From Adineta vaga (lineage: Eukaryota > Animalia > Rotifera): a stretch of DNA of 64,000 nt. A model generated the notes under the pieces. The model did no database searches and was not told the DNA's origin. It saw nothing but the letters and a program-made list of their open reading frames with translations. Position 1 is the stretch's first letter. Every line of letters starts with the position of its first letter. Of the stretch, positions 50,984 to 63,714 are shown one piece after another. The stretch is from assembly GCA_021613535.1 (NCBI GenBank), contig CP075495.1, positions 15,438,001 to 15,502,000 on the forward strand, written 5' to 3'. Both the position numbers and the translations under genes were made by a program.

Positions 50984-52149
50984 CGTTAGTTGATCAAATT
51001 ACTCAGAAAAAACAAACAATTATAGAAAATTTGTAAACGTTTTGTTTTTGTTTTTGGCTTTTCTTTTAATTTAGTTTAGTTTAGTTTAGTTTGAAAAGAA
51101 TCATGAATAAAAATTTCAATATAGATGATTACGTTGAAGAAACGATATCTTTATTCACACTCTCAAAAACACTTCCTTTTTATTTTCATCCCAGTTCGAA
51201 AGTACAATGACTATTCGTATTTGAAAACATTTAATCAATCAGGTGTGAAACTGATTTTCCCTTGGGTATTTTATGGGTCATTTTAACAATGAATTCTTTT
51301 GGGAAACAATGTCATGACTGTGACGTAGTGTAATGTTTGTCTTCATTGATTATCTTTTGTTCTGCCGTTATTGATTCTTCCACATATTGTGTTCTCACCT
51401 TCACACATTTTCTTCCACTCTCATATGTTTTTTCTCTTTTCTTTTCTTCGCTTCTCGCATCGACACGTACATAAGGCTGATATTCTTTTGTTTTATGGAT
51501 ATATTGTTTTCATCATCACAACAAAAAAGAAGGAGCTGTGATACACAGCTACATGCAACAACGACGCATTCATAAAAAGTGATAATATGGGCAAATTAGT
51601 GAAGATAAATGTTAAAGTACAGGTATGATACGAATACCATATCTTTTTTCATTTTGTTCTTCTCATCTTTCGTTGTCCTATGCATATACAATGATGTGCG
51701 TGTTTAACTCTAATCAGTCAAGTGTTTGCGTGTGTGTATATTTATTTTTAATAAAAGTAGAGCTCGAGAAGCGTTATAACAGAAATGAATATTGCTAACA
51801 CGTTTAGATGGAAAAAGCTAGAGCGCTAATGGAGCTACGATTTCTTTATTTCTTCACGTTATGTGTCGCATCATTTCCTTATAAAATATACGCTTATATA
51901 TTCAACCAATGGAGAGAATGAAACAGAAATATAGAAGGAAAGGATAATCAATAGAAAAGAAGTTGGGGGACAAAGTACCCGAATGATGTTGAGTAATAAG
52001 ACAACATGACAAGGACGACACATCATAAAGAACGAAGAACAGGACAACTATCGTTACAAATATATAATTCTTTTTCTTTTTTTTTTTGCATCGATAACCA
52101 ATCTATTATTTCTTTCATCCTAATAACAACCTCGATATATTCTTAAACA

Positions 52150-53031
52150 ATGGCGGATGCTTTTGATATTTCCGAGACATTTCATCATTTATCACATCTT
52201 GGAATTAAAAAAGCAAAACAAAGAATAGATCATCAATTTATAAGATCATTTTTAGGTGGTATTTTACTTTCATTTAGTGGTTTATTTTTATTAACTGCTG
52301 GCGGTGGAAGTCTTCCATTAAAAGAACAGTTTGGTTCAAGTATTCATAAAATAATTCAAGCTGGTGTATTTCCAACTGGTCTTGTTTTAGTTATTCTTAC
52401 TGGCGCTGAATTATTTACAAGTAATACAATGATACTTACTTTATCAACATTAAATAGAAAGACAACATTGCTTCAACTTCTTCGTGCATGGTTAATATCT
52501 TATATTGGAAATCTTGTTGGTTGTATATTTTTTCAATTTATTTTTGTTTATTATGCAGGTCTTCTTGCAAATGATCCTTATCGTTCATTTTCAATACAAT
52601 ATACGGAAGCCAAATGTAATACACCATGGTATCAAATGTTTCTAAGAGGTATTGGTGCAAATTGGCTCGTCTGTCTTGCATATTGTTTTGGTTCGGGTGC
52701 ACGTGATATCAATTCAAAAGTTCTTGCGATATTTTTACCTATTTGTCTGTTCATTGCTGTTGGATTTGAACATTCAATTGCAAATATGTTTACTGTTCAA
52801 ATGGGAATGTTACTTGGTGCAAATGTTTCAATTGGACAATATATTTTAGTTGTTTTATTACCAGTGACAGGTGGAAATATTATTGGTGGAGGATTTTTTG
52901 TTGGATGTTTAAATTGGTATTTATATTTAGCTAAACAATCGAATGAACATATCGATGGTGATGCCGAATTAGTACCTGTACCAACTGTTTATCACAGTGT
53001 AAAGCAGAATGATGATACTGTTCGACCCTAA
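52150..53031 (+). CDS. Formate/nitrite transporter (FNT family), copy 2
   Basis: Same signatures as copy 1: TGAELFTSN, GIGANWLVCLA and GFEHSIANM. Confidence 0.95.
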   Translation: MADAFDISETFHHLSHLGIKKAKQRIDHQFIRSFLGGILLSFSGLFLLTAGGGSLPLKEQFGSSIHKIIQAGVFPTGLVLVILTGAELFTSNTMILTLSTLNRKTTLLQLLRAWLISYIGNLVGCIFFQFIFVYYAGLLANDPYRSFSIQYTEAKCNTPWYQMFLRGIGANWLVCLAYCFGSGARDINSKVLAIFLPICLFIAVGFEHSIANMFTVQMGMLLGANVSIGQYILVVLLPVTGGNIIGGGFFVGCLNWYLYLAKQSNEHIDGDAELVPVPTVYHSVKQNDDTVRP

Positions 53032-53269
53032 TTTAATCAATTTATGCAACAAAAAAAAGAAGAAAATAAACAACAGATTTTTTTTTCTTTTGAAGCCTTT
53101 TAGAAATTTTTAAGTGTTTTGTGTATCTTTCCTTTTAGTTTAGTTTATTTTGAAAAGAATAATAAATAAATAAATAAATAAATAATAGATTTATTTTGCA
53201 TATATAAATATTACTTTTATTCATTATCACAAAAGTTTGAAGAACGAAATCAATCAGTCTATTTTACGG

Positions 53270-54252
53270 ATGTTGAATCTAAGGTGCATATTTTTCATAT
53301 TTATTCCTTTTTTGATTGAAGGAAGTGTGATTGATTTATCTCATTTTTCAATTCTAACTTCTCCATCATCTTATCCATCATATAAATTCAATATTCTTCA
53401 TCATTTGACTGCCATCTCACCTTATTTTGATTCAGAATCCAATGAATTAAATCCTGATCCACCATTGGGTTGTACAATCGATAAAGCAATCTATTTAGTT
53501 CGTCATGGTTCTATCTATGCTAATGATTATGATTATGAACATACAATTGAACCATTTATAAAACGTTTACAATCTTCATTGAAACAAATAGATTTCTCGC
53601 GATCAAAAGAATTGGCTTTTTTAGCAACTTGGAATTCACCAATAACAAATAGTGATGAACAAGTTGAAAAATTAACACAATCAGGTAGTAATGAAGCGTT
53701 TAAACTCGGTACTCAATTAGCATCTCGTTATCCGAATCTAAAAACGAAAATTTGGGCTTCATCATCGAATCGAACAAAGGAAAGTGCTGCATCACTTTTC
53801 ACAGGACTTTCTGGTAATAAGAAAACAATTGATGATATATCAATTATAATGGAAGAGAAGAATCAAGGTGCAAATACATTATCACCAACAAAAACTTGTT
53901 CATTATTTAATATTACATTAGGTACTCAAGAAGCAGAGACATGGTTAAAACATTATTCTTTATCAATTCAAACTCGATTGAATAATCAAATAATTGGATT
54001 TGAATTTTCATCGAATGATATTTTGGCTATGCAAGAATTATACAATGAGTACAGATCAAAATCTTTATATTAATGTTGTTCATCGAGAAATGTTACCTTT
54101 AGTATTAACAGCATTGGGAATTTATAATGATTCATATGAAGAAAATCTTATCTTTTCTTTAGATCGTATTAATTATCAAAGAAAATGGAAATCAAGTCAA
54201 TTTGTTCCTTTTCTTGGTCAAATTGCATTGGAAAGACTTCAATGTAATTCAA
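53270..54252 (+). pseudogene. Histidine acid phosphatase/phytase-like gene, internally deleted, frameshifted and cut by a MITE
   Basis: Signal peptide and RHG motif. The frame switches near 54040 from MQEL to ..LYINVVHRE, then SQFVPFLGQIALERLQC ends at the TIR. Confidence 0.8.
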
Positions 54253-54573
54253 AGGTGACGACAAGATTTTGACCCAAGAATGGGATCTATGTAGGTTTAT
54301 AGAGAAAACCTTTCTCTATCCAACGGTATATATTTCATCGAGCTCTGTAGTATACCACAAAAGGACAAAGTTTGGCTTGGATATGAACACTCTGACTTTA
54401 GTTTACAGGATATTGACGTTAAAATTGCACAGATTAGACTAAAAATTCACCCTTTCACGGTGCACAATAGAATTTGTTCAGATAGATACCATTGGATAGA
54501 GAAAGTTTTCCTCTACAAACTTATCCATGTTCCATTCTTGGGTCACAAATTTACCTAAAACTTGTCGTCGCCT
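54253..54573. mobile_element. MITE with long imperfect TIRs (AGG...CCT ends, possibly Kolobok-like)
   Basis: aggtgacgacaag...tgacccaagaatgg...tttctctatccaa is inverted to ttggatagagaaa...ccattcttgggtca...cttgtcgtcgcct. Flanks are tcaa and ttga. Confidence 0.75.
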
Positions 54574-55328
54574 TTGAGATGATTGATTATGACCGTATAG
54601 TTCTATCGAAAAGAAAAACATTTATTATTAACTAAACTATAATCGTAGAAAAACGAATCCTTCTTACTAGAACATGCTCGTTGAATTGATGAATATCGTT
54701 TACTGTCAAGTATTTGAAGATGTTTGATCATTTCTAATGCAATTTTTCCTTTGTATGATAGTTGTTCTACAATACGATTAGCATACCGTGTATTTGTTAA
54801 ATCTTTTCAATCGATATTCAATAATAATAGCAGCAGCAGCAATCGATAATCGTTCGTATGATCATCTTATGTGTACAATCACAATACCAAAGAACATAAA
54901 AGTGTCAACTTGAGTTGATGATGATGTTGGTGGTCATATCAATGTAACAAATTTGGTTGACATCATCTAATGGTTACATTGAATTTTTATGCCAGATTCT
55001 ATATAAAATCAAATGAAATGAGAAGAAATATCCAGAGAGATAAAAAATAAAAGAATTCACTTGAATGTACATATTCATATCATCATTTTGTACATATGAA
55101 TGAAGGTAACTGTATATTTTCTTCTATTCATATAAAGAACTGACAAGGTTGAAGCAACCAAAATAAAATGTAATTGATCAGTCATTTTATTTTCATCATT
55201 ACTATTGATATTTATCGAAATTATCATTTTCGACGAGTGACCCACTTGTTTCAACAGCAGATCAATGGAAATGAAAGTGTTTTCGTTCGAGTCGATTTTA
55301 TTGAAAGAAATTTTATCAAAAATAGCAT

Positions 55329-57118
55329 TCATAATGATGGAAAATATTCATGAAGATGTTCTGTACACATAAATTGTTCTTTTACAAGAAGACGTTTCAC
55401 TTTGCTGCATGTGAGGCGAGTTGAATCATTGGTGAAATAGTTGGTAACCGACCAAAGTGAAAAAAAACTGACTTTAAGTGTTGACAAACAAGGTAAATGA
55501 CAATGATGATCAACAAGAAATTGTTCAACATAATCTATATGACAATTTTCAACGTCAAGATACAAAAGTTTAGGAAATGTGATCAATGTTCTTGGTTGTT
55601 GGTTGACTTTTTGTGGCACATTATTAAAAATTACCAACTTTCTCAAAACAGGAAAGCTTTGAGAGATGATTTGATAAAATTCATGTTCAAATGGAAGTAT
55701 GTCCGTCATCATTACGCAAAGAACTTTTTCAAAAGTACGCTGTTGAAAAGAATTAGATAAAGATAAAAAGTTAAAAAATTCATATGGAAGAGAAAAGATT
55801 TGACATCTGCTATAGAATTCGTGTGAAAGTGAATATTCATTACATACAATTTCGTTTGGTTTTGGAAAAATATCAAGATGCGAAACAATTGGTCCGAATC
55901 CTCTTCCAATAAAACTACGTTGAATATCTTCATTTGATGAAAGAACAAGATCACTCTGATATCTCCGAATTGCTGTTTCTATATAGAAGGTAAATTTGTT
56001 CAATCGTGACATATAACTGAGAATATCATCATGTAATTGAATACCATCGATATAATTCGAATGAAATCTAATAATTGACAGAAATAATGTCAATGCTTCA
56101 AGATTGATCATTCGTTGAAGTAATGGAATAATCATCTCATCGCAAGAATATATACGCAGATTTGAGGATAATGAGAATTGTTTCAATTTCAAAATCGGTT
56201 CCTAGAAGAAATCAACCTTTATCGATCAAAAAAATTCTTTATTTCTCTTTAAAACTAAATGTCATTTACCTTGTCTCTTTTCATCAATGATGTATATCTA
56301 ATTAGTTCTACATGTATACTTAATATTGATAAAGAAGGAAAATGTCCATCGAATAAATAAAGACAATCATTGAAAGAATCAACACTGATGTTTAATTCAC
56401 TCAAAATTTCAGATTTACAATTCATTGATGAAAATTCAACAGACCATATCCCGAACCTGTAATTGTATGGACAAAAATGAAATTTAATTAGTCGTTCACA
56501 TAAATTTAAAATCAAATCAAATATCATTGAGTCATATTCAATAGCTGCTTCATCTATTGATTCATAATTCATAGTGAGAGTTGTAATTTGTTTCTTGAGA
56601 AGATTGCGGAAAATCTCATCACCTAGAATTAACAAACAAGAAAAGGAAACAACCATTCAGAGATCATTTTGTTTATATGATTATTTTCTAAGAAAAATTA
56701 ATCTAAAACGACATGAATTACCTTTCAAGAAATCGAAAAACAACTTTTTATCGAGATGTACCAGTGATAATGAATGAAGTTGAGGATAATCCGTTGTATG
56801 TATAACTCGTTCGATTGAAGGCTGTTCAATAATCAATTCATTGACTTGATACTTAATACGAGACAAAACATTTTGACAAATTCTTTCACATACATAATCA
56901 TCGGTTAAATAGAAACGATAAAAATGTAATTGCATGTTTAAACAAGTCATATCGAGAATACGAATATAATTTGGATTTAACACTAATTGATTCAATCGTT
57001 CAGTAACATCCACAAGTGAATAAAGAACATCGACCATGCTTAGTTGTTTTATGATGATCAATAAAATTTCATTAGGTAAATCGAGTAGAATCAGAGATGT
57101 TCTACTTGAACTATTCAT
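55329..57118 (-). CDS. F-box/LRR protein, 3 exons, apparently intact
   Basis: LLDLPNEILLII F-box, FNDCLYLFDG and LRR-like repeats. GT-AG introns near 56721-56624 and 56269-56202 keep the frame. Confidence 0.85.
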
Positions 57119-59952
57119 CTCTATTTCATTCAAGTCAACATTATATGTTCATTTATATATGTAAAAATATCTATTGTTCGTATTGTCATCTGAGAAAACA
57201 ATGAAGAAGAAATATATCTATGAAAATGATTGGCTTTCATTAAATAATGCACATAAAAGTCATTTCAAGGGCAAAAGCAATGAGCAATTATTATGATACG
57301 AATACGACGAATAGGACGTGTTTGTGCGCGTTCTGACGTATTGTGTAATTATTCATCTTAAGAAAACGAATTTGTCATCCGTTCGTCTCGCTCTGAATGG
57401 TCAACATTTCATCAATCTCTATTGAGTGGTGTCCATTGACGAAAATGACTATTGCTATACTGACACAATTCTGAGATACGTCCGTGTTCGCATGATATTC
57501 AAAATTATAAGACGTCTTGGTCGTAATTTTCAATTCAAGTAACACTGGAAAAAGATTTCTTTTGTCTTTCTTGACATTTTTAAGGACGAAATGAAAATCT
57601 GTATTCACTTCGACGATAGCAATTTCGTCTAAAAGTCTTTTCGACTCGGAAGACGGTGCATAAGTGAGAGTGAGAAACAGAAAAGTCTTTTCATGATAAT
57701 TTTTTCGGTGAAGGGGTACGCAATCGCGATAAATGATACATCTAATGATGAAGATCTTTTGTTTTTTCTTTGAATTCAAAGCGTTCTTCTCTACTTTTGT
57801 ATTTTCAAGTGATTTCATTGAATACATTCCCATTGATATTCTGGCTCATCGTCAGCCCATATACGAAATGAGAGACGAATATAGTGTTAATGTGATCGAC
57901 AATGGAACGGAACTATTGAAGATAATCTTTATCAATTCTATGGACCAATTAGAATATCGATTGATGAACCAGCAAATACATTGGATATTGTCGATCACCG
58001 AAATGTTCGAACTCAAATGATTTTTTTCAACGAGTTTCTTCGTTTCAGCCAAGTGCTGATTTTCGACGTATATTTTCCTATTCGTATTGATATAAATAAT
58101 ATTTTAGTAACCAACAATGTAAGAATTGTGTTGGCATAGTTCTTTATTCAAGAGGAGAATGTTTACCAAATAAATACGATAAAAAATCATATCATCAAAT
58201 GATCTTTTCAAACCGGTTCTGAAGAAGAACAAGTCAATCTCTTTCAAGATTTCTTCGCTCTTGATTCGAGCAATTCTTGCGCTCGGTCACGGTCGAGATA
58301 TAATGAACTAGAAGTAATAACATTAGCTAGATCACTCAACGCTACTACTGATAATGATTCGACCTATGATGCGAATATACGTAATCTAGTCAAAACCATC
58401 CTTGACAAAGCAAACAAAGTGATGTATATTGTCGCTTGTTTAATCAGAAAATGCATTGCCTTTCCACTGCAAAAAGAGATGTGTTTGTTATTCCGTTGAT
58501 AAGCACGAAGAAAAATGAGTTCATGTTGATAAATGTGAAGATAAGTTCTAGGTCGAAACAATATATCTTATTATTTAAATGAACTGTAATTGGTTTTGAA
58601 CTCGATAGCCGGAATAATCTCTATACTAGTAACCATAATAATCATCATATTCACTAGTTTTGATTGAAAAATGACATATTATGTTCTGCATTTGCATCAA
58701 ATTTTTTTCTTCTTCTTCTCAATTAAGTCTACTCACCTGATTCTGACTTTTTCTCTTTAGAATGTATTCAAAAAAATTTGAATCACTTTTCAGCAGATAA
58801 TACCAATGTTCATTTTATCATTTTCTTCTGTGTTTTTCAATTCTGTCTATTTCTTTTTTCACTTATATCATTGTCTATTGAATTTCAATGTGGATTTCTA
58901 TCTAACTATATTGATTAGAAAAGACTATTTTTTTATCGTTTTTAATCTTCTATATAAACTTCTATAAATTGACGATGATGTTTGTCAAGAAGAATTTCTT
59001 TTCATCATTTTCAATGATAAGAAAATCGAATCAGATCGAATCAAAATTTATCTGTTTAATCGATCAACATCGATCTCTTCTCTTTCGATCATAATATTGA
59101 GATAGTATGAACAGCTCTTATCTCTATTCGATACGTTGAACAGAGACATGAAAACAGTTAATAGTATTATGAGATCATCATCATCATTATCGATAATAAC
59201 GTATCAAATATAAGATATAAACATAAACCGCGTAAAAACCATTTTGTCACTTGGAAGATCTTTATCTTTACGAAAAGCACTCCCTCATAAATTTTGCATG
59301 AAAAGAAGTAGAAGCTTCAACAATCTCTTTGGTTTTAAAACGTATCTTTCTGAAATCTTTTGATTTGAACACACTTGATACATATACTTCTTGTTTCTTA
59401 ATATCGTTTGCATGCATTTTTACATCACCATTAGTGTCTGCTGATGCAGTTCTAATGGGTAGATAAGATCAAATGAAGTTCGCAGTATTTTGAATTTCTT
59501 CATCGATAATCCGGCGTAAGAAAAAACAAATTTTTATAGAAAAGTTGCATGTGAAATTTTTTCAAACCGTGGATATTTTTCTTCAGTGACGTAACCAGAA
59601 ATTTGACGGTGAAGGGACGGTGGGAGCTCAACCGTCTAAATTCGGTCTTCTGGTGGGGTTCGCTACATGCATCAATCAGAAATGGAAAAACGAATGAATG
59701 AATAGAAAAAGATGTATTCATTCATTTTGATTTTGTTTCGTTTGAGAGATTGATTTTTTTTGGTAAGGTCCCAGACACACTGAAAATGATGAGCTATTTT
59801 ATTTTATCGTCAACAAAAGAATTTGATCAGTGAATTATCGTCTAAATAATTTGAAGTCAGCTATCTATCGAAAATCTCTGCATTTCTTTCCATGTTTTCG
59901 CTTAAACGATTAACATAAACCACCCTAGGAAGACATCTATTGAAAGTGTATT

Positions 59953-59961
59953 TATATAAAG
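59953..59961 (+). promoter_or_regulatory. Putative TATA box of the gamma-COP appendage gene
   Basis: TATATAAAG followed by a GC-rich run, about 90 bp upstream of ATG 60048. Confidence 0.35.
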
Positions 59962-60047
59962 GGCGGCAGCAGAAAGAAAATATGGATATTGGATTGAGGT
60001 TCGCTAATCGGTAGTCGGTACTTAAATTCATTTACAAAAGTTTCACG

Positions 60048-61462
60048 ATGCAAAATAACGAATTATTTTTCAGCAATGTTGAAAAAGTCAAAGATGTATG
60101 AATAAAATTCTTTCTTTTCACCAAATGTATAAGTTTCGCATTTTTCTCAAATTTAGGTAAATGGAATCCAACAATTAGTTGAAGTCTTACATGAAGAAAA
60201 AGTAGCTGCTGAAGAAAAACTACGAAAAGCTCAACAAGAAAATTCGGATCAACAAATTCTTGATGATATTCTACAGGAAATTACTCAAATCGTAAGTAAA
60301 ATGAAATTCGTCGATGACATTGGCGTAAATATTGCAGAAAAAAAAGATAGTGCAATACGAGGAGAAGATAATGAACCAGTAAAGAAGAAAGTCAAAACCA
60401 AAATTGATCCTTCCTTAGGCGAAGGTATGAATAAAATAAATTTTTATATATTTTTATGAATATATACATGTACGTCATTGATGATGATGAATCTTTTCAT
60501 TTAGGCAAACATTTTAAAACAAGTTCAGATTTCGTCTTGACCGAATGGGATGATGATTTTATCATAATAGGTATTAAATACATATTCGAACATTATGTTC
60601 TATTCCAAGTAAATATTATAAGAATCTCGAAATAATTAGGCAATTTAATATATCACTTCTTTTTCGTTTAGTTTCATATTTTCAATATGTTAGATAATCA
60701 ATCAATTTATGAAGTTGTTGTTGAAATGGATACATCAGCTAAAGGTTTTCAAATTGTACATTCTGATTCATGTTCAGAAATACATTATGGTGTCTATGGT
60801 CAAGCTAATACATATGTTCGATTAGCTGAATCTTCATCAAATGTCACTGGAACATTATCATGTAAAATGAAATATAAAATTGATGACAATGATCCAGATC
60901 TTGATGAATATGATGAAGCAGAAAAGTATTTTGATGAATTTAAAGTATGATCTTTTTTATTGGTGATTTTCTTATTTATTCGGATTTATTTTCTTTGTAT
61001 AGTTCAAAGATATTGAAGTTACAATCAATGATCATTTACAAGAAAAGTACCAACGAGATTGTTTAACTTTATGGAAAAAAATCGGAGAAAAAAATGAATT
61101 TAAATATTTTTCAACATTATCAATAACAACAATTGGAGGTTACTTTTTTTACTCTTCTCATTTCATCTTATTTTACTGTTTATTGTTTAGAATGTATGAA
61201 CCAAATCATTAATTTGATGGGAATGACATTATGTGAAAAATCGGCTAAAGTGAATGAAGAGGAAACGATACATACAATTTATTTAGGTGGTATTTATCGG
61301 AATGGACATGACGTACTTGTTCAAGTTCAATTAAAGCCAGGAGGAAGGTCAGCCGTTTTACCTACAACAACAACCACAACAACAACAACAGAAATGCAGT
61401 TGACTATCCGTTCCACCGATAGCTCTGTTGCTCAAGTGATTGGTTCAGCTATTAAATATTAA
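60048..61462 (+). CDS. Divergent stand-alone coatomer gamma (COPG-like) appendage-domain protein, 6 exons
   Basis: Spliced product includes GKHFKTSS..LTE, FEHYVLFQF...N.L.NQ, SCKMKY, DIEVTINDH, MGMTLCEKS and LGGIYRNGHDVLV, collinear with the gamma-COP C-terminal appendage. Only a short charged N-terminus precedes it. Confidence 0.8.
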
Positions 61463-61909
61463 ATAAAAGTAACATTTCAGATTTTCAATTCTTTTTTCTC
61501 TTATTATTTTTATTGTTGTGTGCAACTTTTTGTTGATATAAAACCTTCTGATGATAATTTTCAGTTTACGAGAATACATCAGTGAACATTGATTTATTTA
61601 CATATCATGATTTAGAAGTCTTATGAAAAATAACATCAAGACCATGAGATAGAACTGCGACACGCCATCATCAACCAAAAAATGCACAAAAAACAAATAG
61701 ATGATATTCTATTTTAACGTCATCAATTTTCATTTTATTTTTTTTTCTCGTTTTACTTGAACCAGATGTTGAACATAGTGATGTGATACAATTACAATGA
61801 GTAAGATGAGGTTATTTCTGAATTTCTGAATTTTGATTTGATGGCCCATAGATGTGCACGATTAAGAAAAGAAAATAATGATACTCGTAAACAAATTGAT
61901 TTATTATGT

Positions 61910-62970
61910 TAAATGTGAATTGATTTAGTTGTAATATTTGGTTAAGAATCTTTCTTTTTTAAATTATCTCCATGAATAAACGTGTTCCTGTAACAGATTA
62001 GAAAATATAAATGAAATCATTTTGAATTTAACATTCGATACAACAGTGGAATAACTAATTCATCATAGGCACTTGAATCTTGATTACAATATAATGAAAA
62101 ACATTCTAAATTAGGTAAATTTTCCTAGAAAAATGATTCTACTTAAATCAGTTAGATGTTAATACAAATAATCTACCGTTTTACTGATTGTTTCATGTGC
62201 CGAAAGATGAATGACAGAAATATTAACATGAAATATTCGAAGTTGAGGTAACCGTCCATCAAGTAGATAAAGACAATCGGAGAAAAATTTGACATTAGCA
62301 TGTAGTTCTAGGGGAGTTTTGGACAATTAATAATTGGATATAAAGTCACAAATAATATGCATTGAGCAAAATTTGAAAATGATTTGAAGTTTAAATACTT
62401 TAGATTGATAAACATAGTAAAGATGTCTGCAGATATAATCGTTTTTTCATTTTCTGCTGAAAACTGTTTCTCATTTGTACGAGTATGAATAGTAAGTGAT
62501 GTAATTTGATTTGAAATCAATCCATCAAATTAGTTTCATCTAAATATATGAATACGAAATAATGAGAATTAAATTAGAATATCATACCAGCAAACAGATG
62601 TTTGGCTTTTTCTTTTTCAAGATTAAATAAACCAAGTCCATAAAGATTAGCATAATTTCTATAAAAGATACGTTCTATACTTGATGATGATTCCACGTCG
62701 AGCCATTGGATTTTATGATAAATCGAAGGTAAAATTTGTAAAATGAAACGATCAAGTATTGTAGTGGATAATGAATCAATGAATTGAATTATCGGAGAAA
62801 CGTCTCATCAATGTTAAATGAATTGTAAAAGCTGAATCATGTGCAAATGTATTCAGCCTTTTATTAGCATTTATCAAAGAAAAAAGTACTTCATCATTGG
62901 GCAAATTTTTGAAAATTATCGCAAGAATTTCATCAGGCAAATCATTCAATTGAACCATTGAGTGTGTCAT
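61910..62970 (-). pseudogene. F-box/LRR pseudogene, copy B, 3'-truncated
   Basis: Collinear with 49440-50490. Stop and frameshift at 62776, stop at 62308, and homology is lost below about 61910. Confidence 0.85.
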
Positions 62971-63056
62971 TATTATTTTCACTACTCTTGATTTGCTTGC
63001 CACTTTGAAACGTGATCATTTATATTGTTTATATTCATTTTCTCTATTTGACTTTA

Positions 63057-63233
63057 CGCAGAAAACAGACAGAAAAAGTGAATTAAGTTCAAATTGAATG
63101 GGACGTCCAATTGGGTCATTATCGTCTTGAGTTACGTTAAGTCATCTTTTTTAGATGATTTAAGAGACAAAACGCAATTGTATGGGTTGATTCAATTTTA
63201 AATTTAATTCACTTTTTCTGTCTGTTTTCGGCC
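63057..63233. mobile_element. PIF/Harbinger (Tourist-like) MITE, copy 2
   Basis: Close copy of 50575-50750, flanked by TTA on both sides (63054-63056 and 63234-63236). Confidence 0.8.
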
Positions 63234-63475
63234 TTACTGTTCAAATGGGAATGTTACTTGGTGCAAACGTTTCGATTGGACAATATATTTTAGTTGTTTT
63301 ATTACCAGTGACAGGTGGAAATATTATTGGTGGAGGATTTTTTGTTGGATATTTAAATTGGTATTTATATTTCGCTAAACAATCGAATGAACATATCGAT
63401 GTTGATGCCGAATTAGTACCTGTACCAACGGTTTATCACAGTGTAAAGCAGAATGATGATACTGTTCGACCCTAA
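63234..63475 (+). pseudogene. 3' fragment of an FNT gene, near-identical to the end of copy 2
   Basis: Matches 52790-53031 and starts at the TTA within ttt-act-gtt. Confidence 0.88.
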
Positions 63476-63714
63476 TTTAATCAATTTATGCAAAAAGAAA
63501 AGAAGAAAATAATCAACAGATTCTTTTTTTTCTTTTCAAGTCTTTTAGAAATTTTTAAGTGTTTTGTGTATCTTTCCTTTTAGTTTAGTTTATTTTGAAA
63601 AGAATAATAAATAAATAAATAAATAAATAATAGATTTATTTTGCATATATAAATATCACTTTTATTCATTATCACAAAAGTTTGAAGAACGAAATCAATC
63701 AGTCTATTTTACGG

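Noticed and set aside
16385-53185. Microsatellites: (TA)n near 16385, (GA)n near 32066, (TTTAG)n near 51068, (AATA)n near 53162
   Set aside because: Short ordinary simple repeats, not telomeric arrays.
39865-54966. Alternative genetic code (TGA = Trp)
   Set aside because: Intact genes use TGG for Trp and several end at TGA (e.g. 13065, 23259, 26537).
57375-58600. ORFs of 152 and 95 aa and nearby higher-GC sequence as a transposase
   Set aside because: No DDE, RT or other recognisable motif and many stops. It may be a decayed element but cannot be classified by eye.
59594-59670. cagtgacgtaaccagaaattt... GC-rich patch with a small hairpin
   Set aside because: Resembles a short transposon end, but I found no matching second terminus.
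151-59721. Many short ORF-track entries (e.g. 151-390, 5586-5873, 8512-8757, 11260-11445, 24351-24674, 28111-28347, 55497-55760, 59500-59721)
   Set aside because: These are antisense or alternate-frame shadows of real genes, or low-complexity F/I/L/K-rich frames expected in AT-rich DNA.
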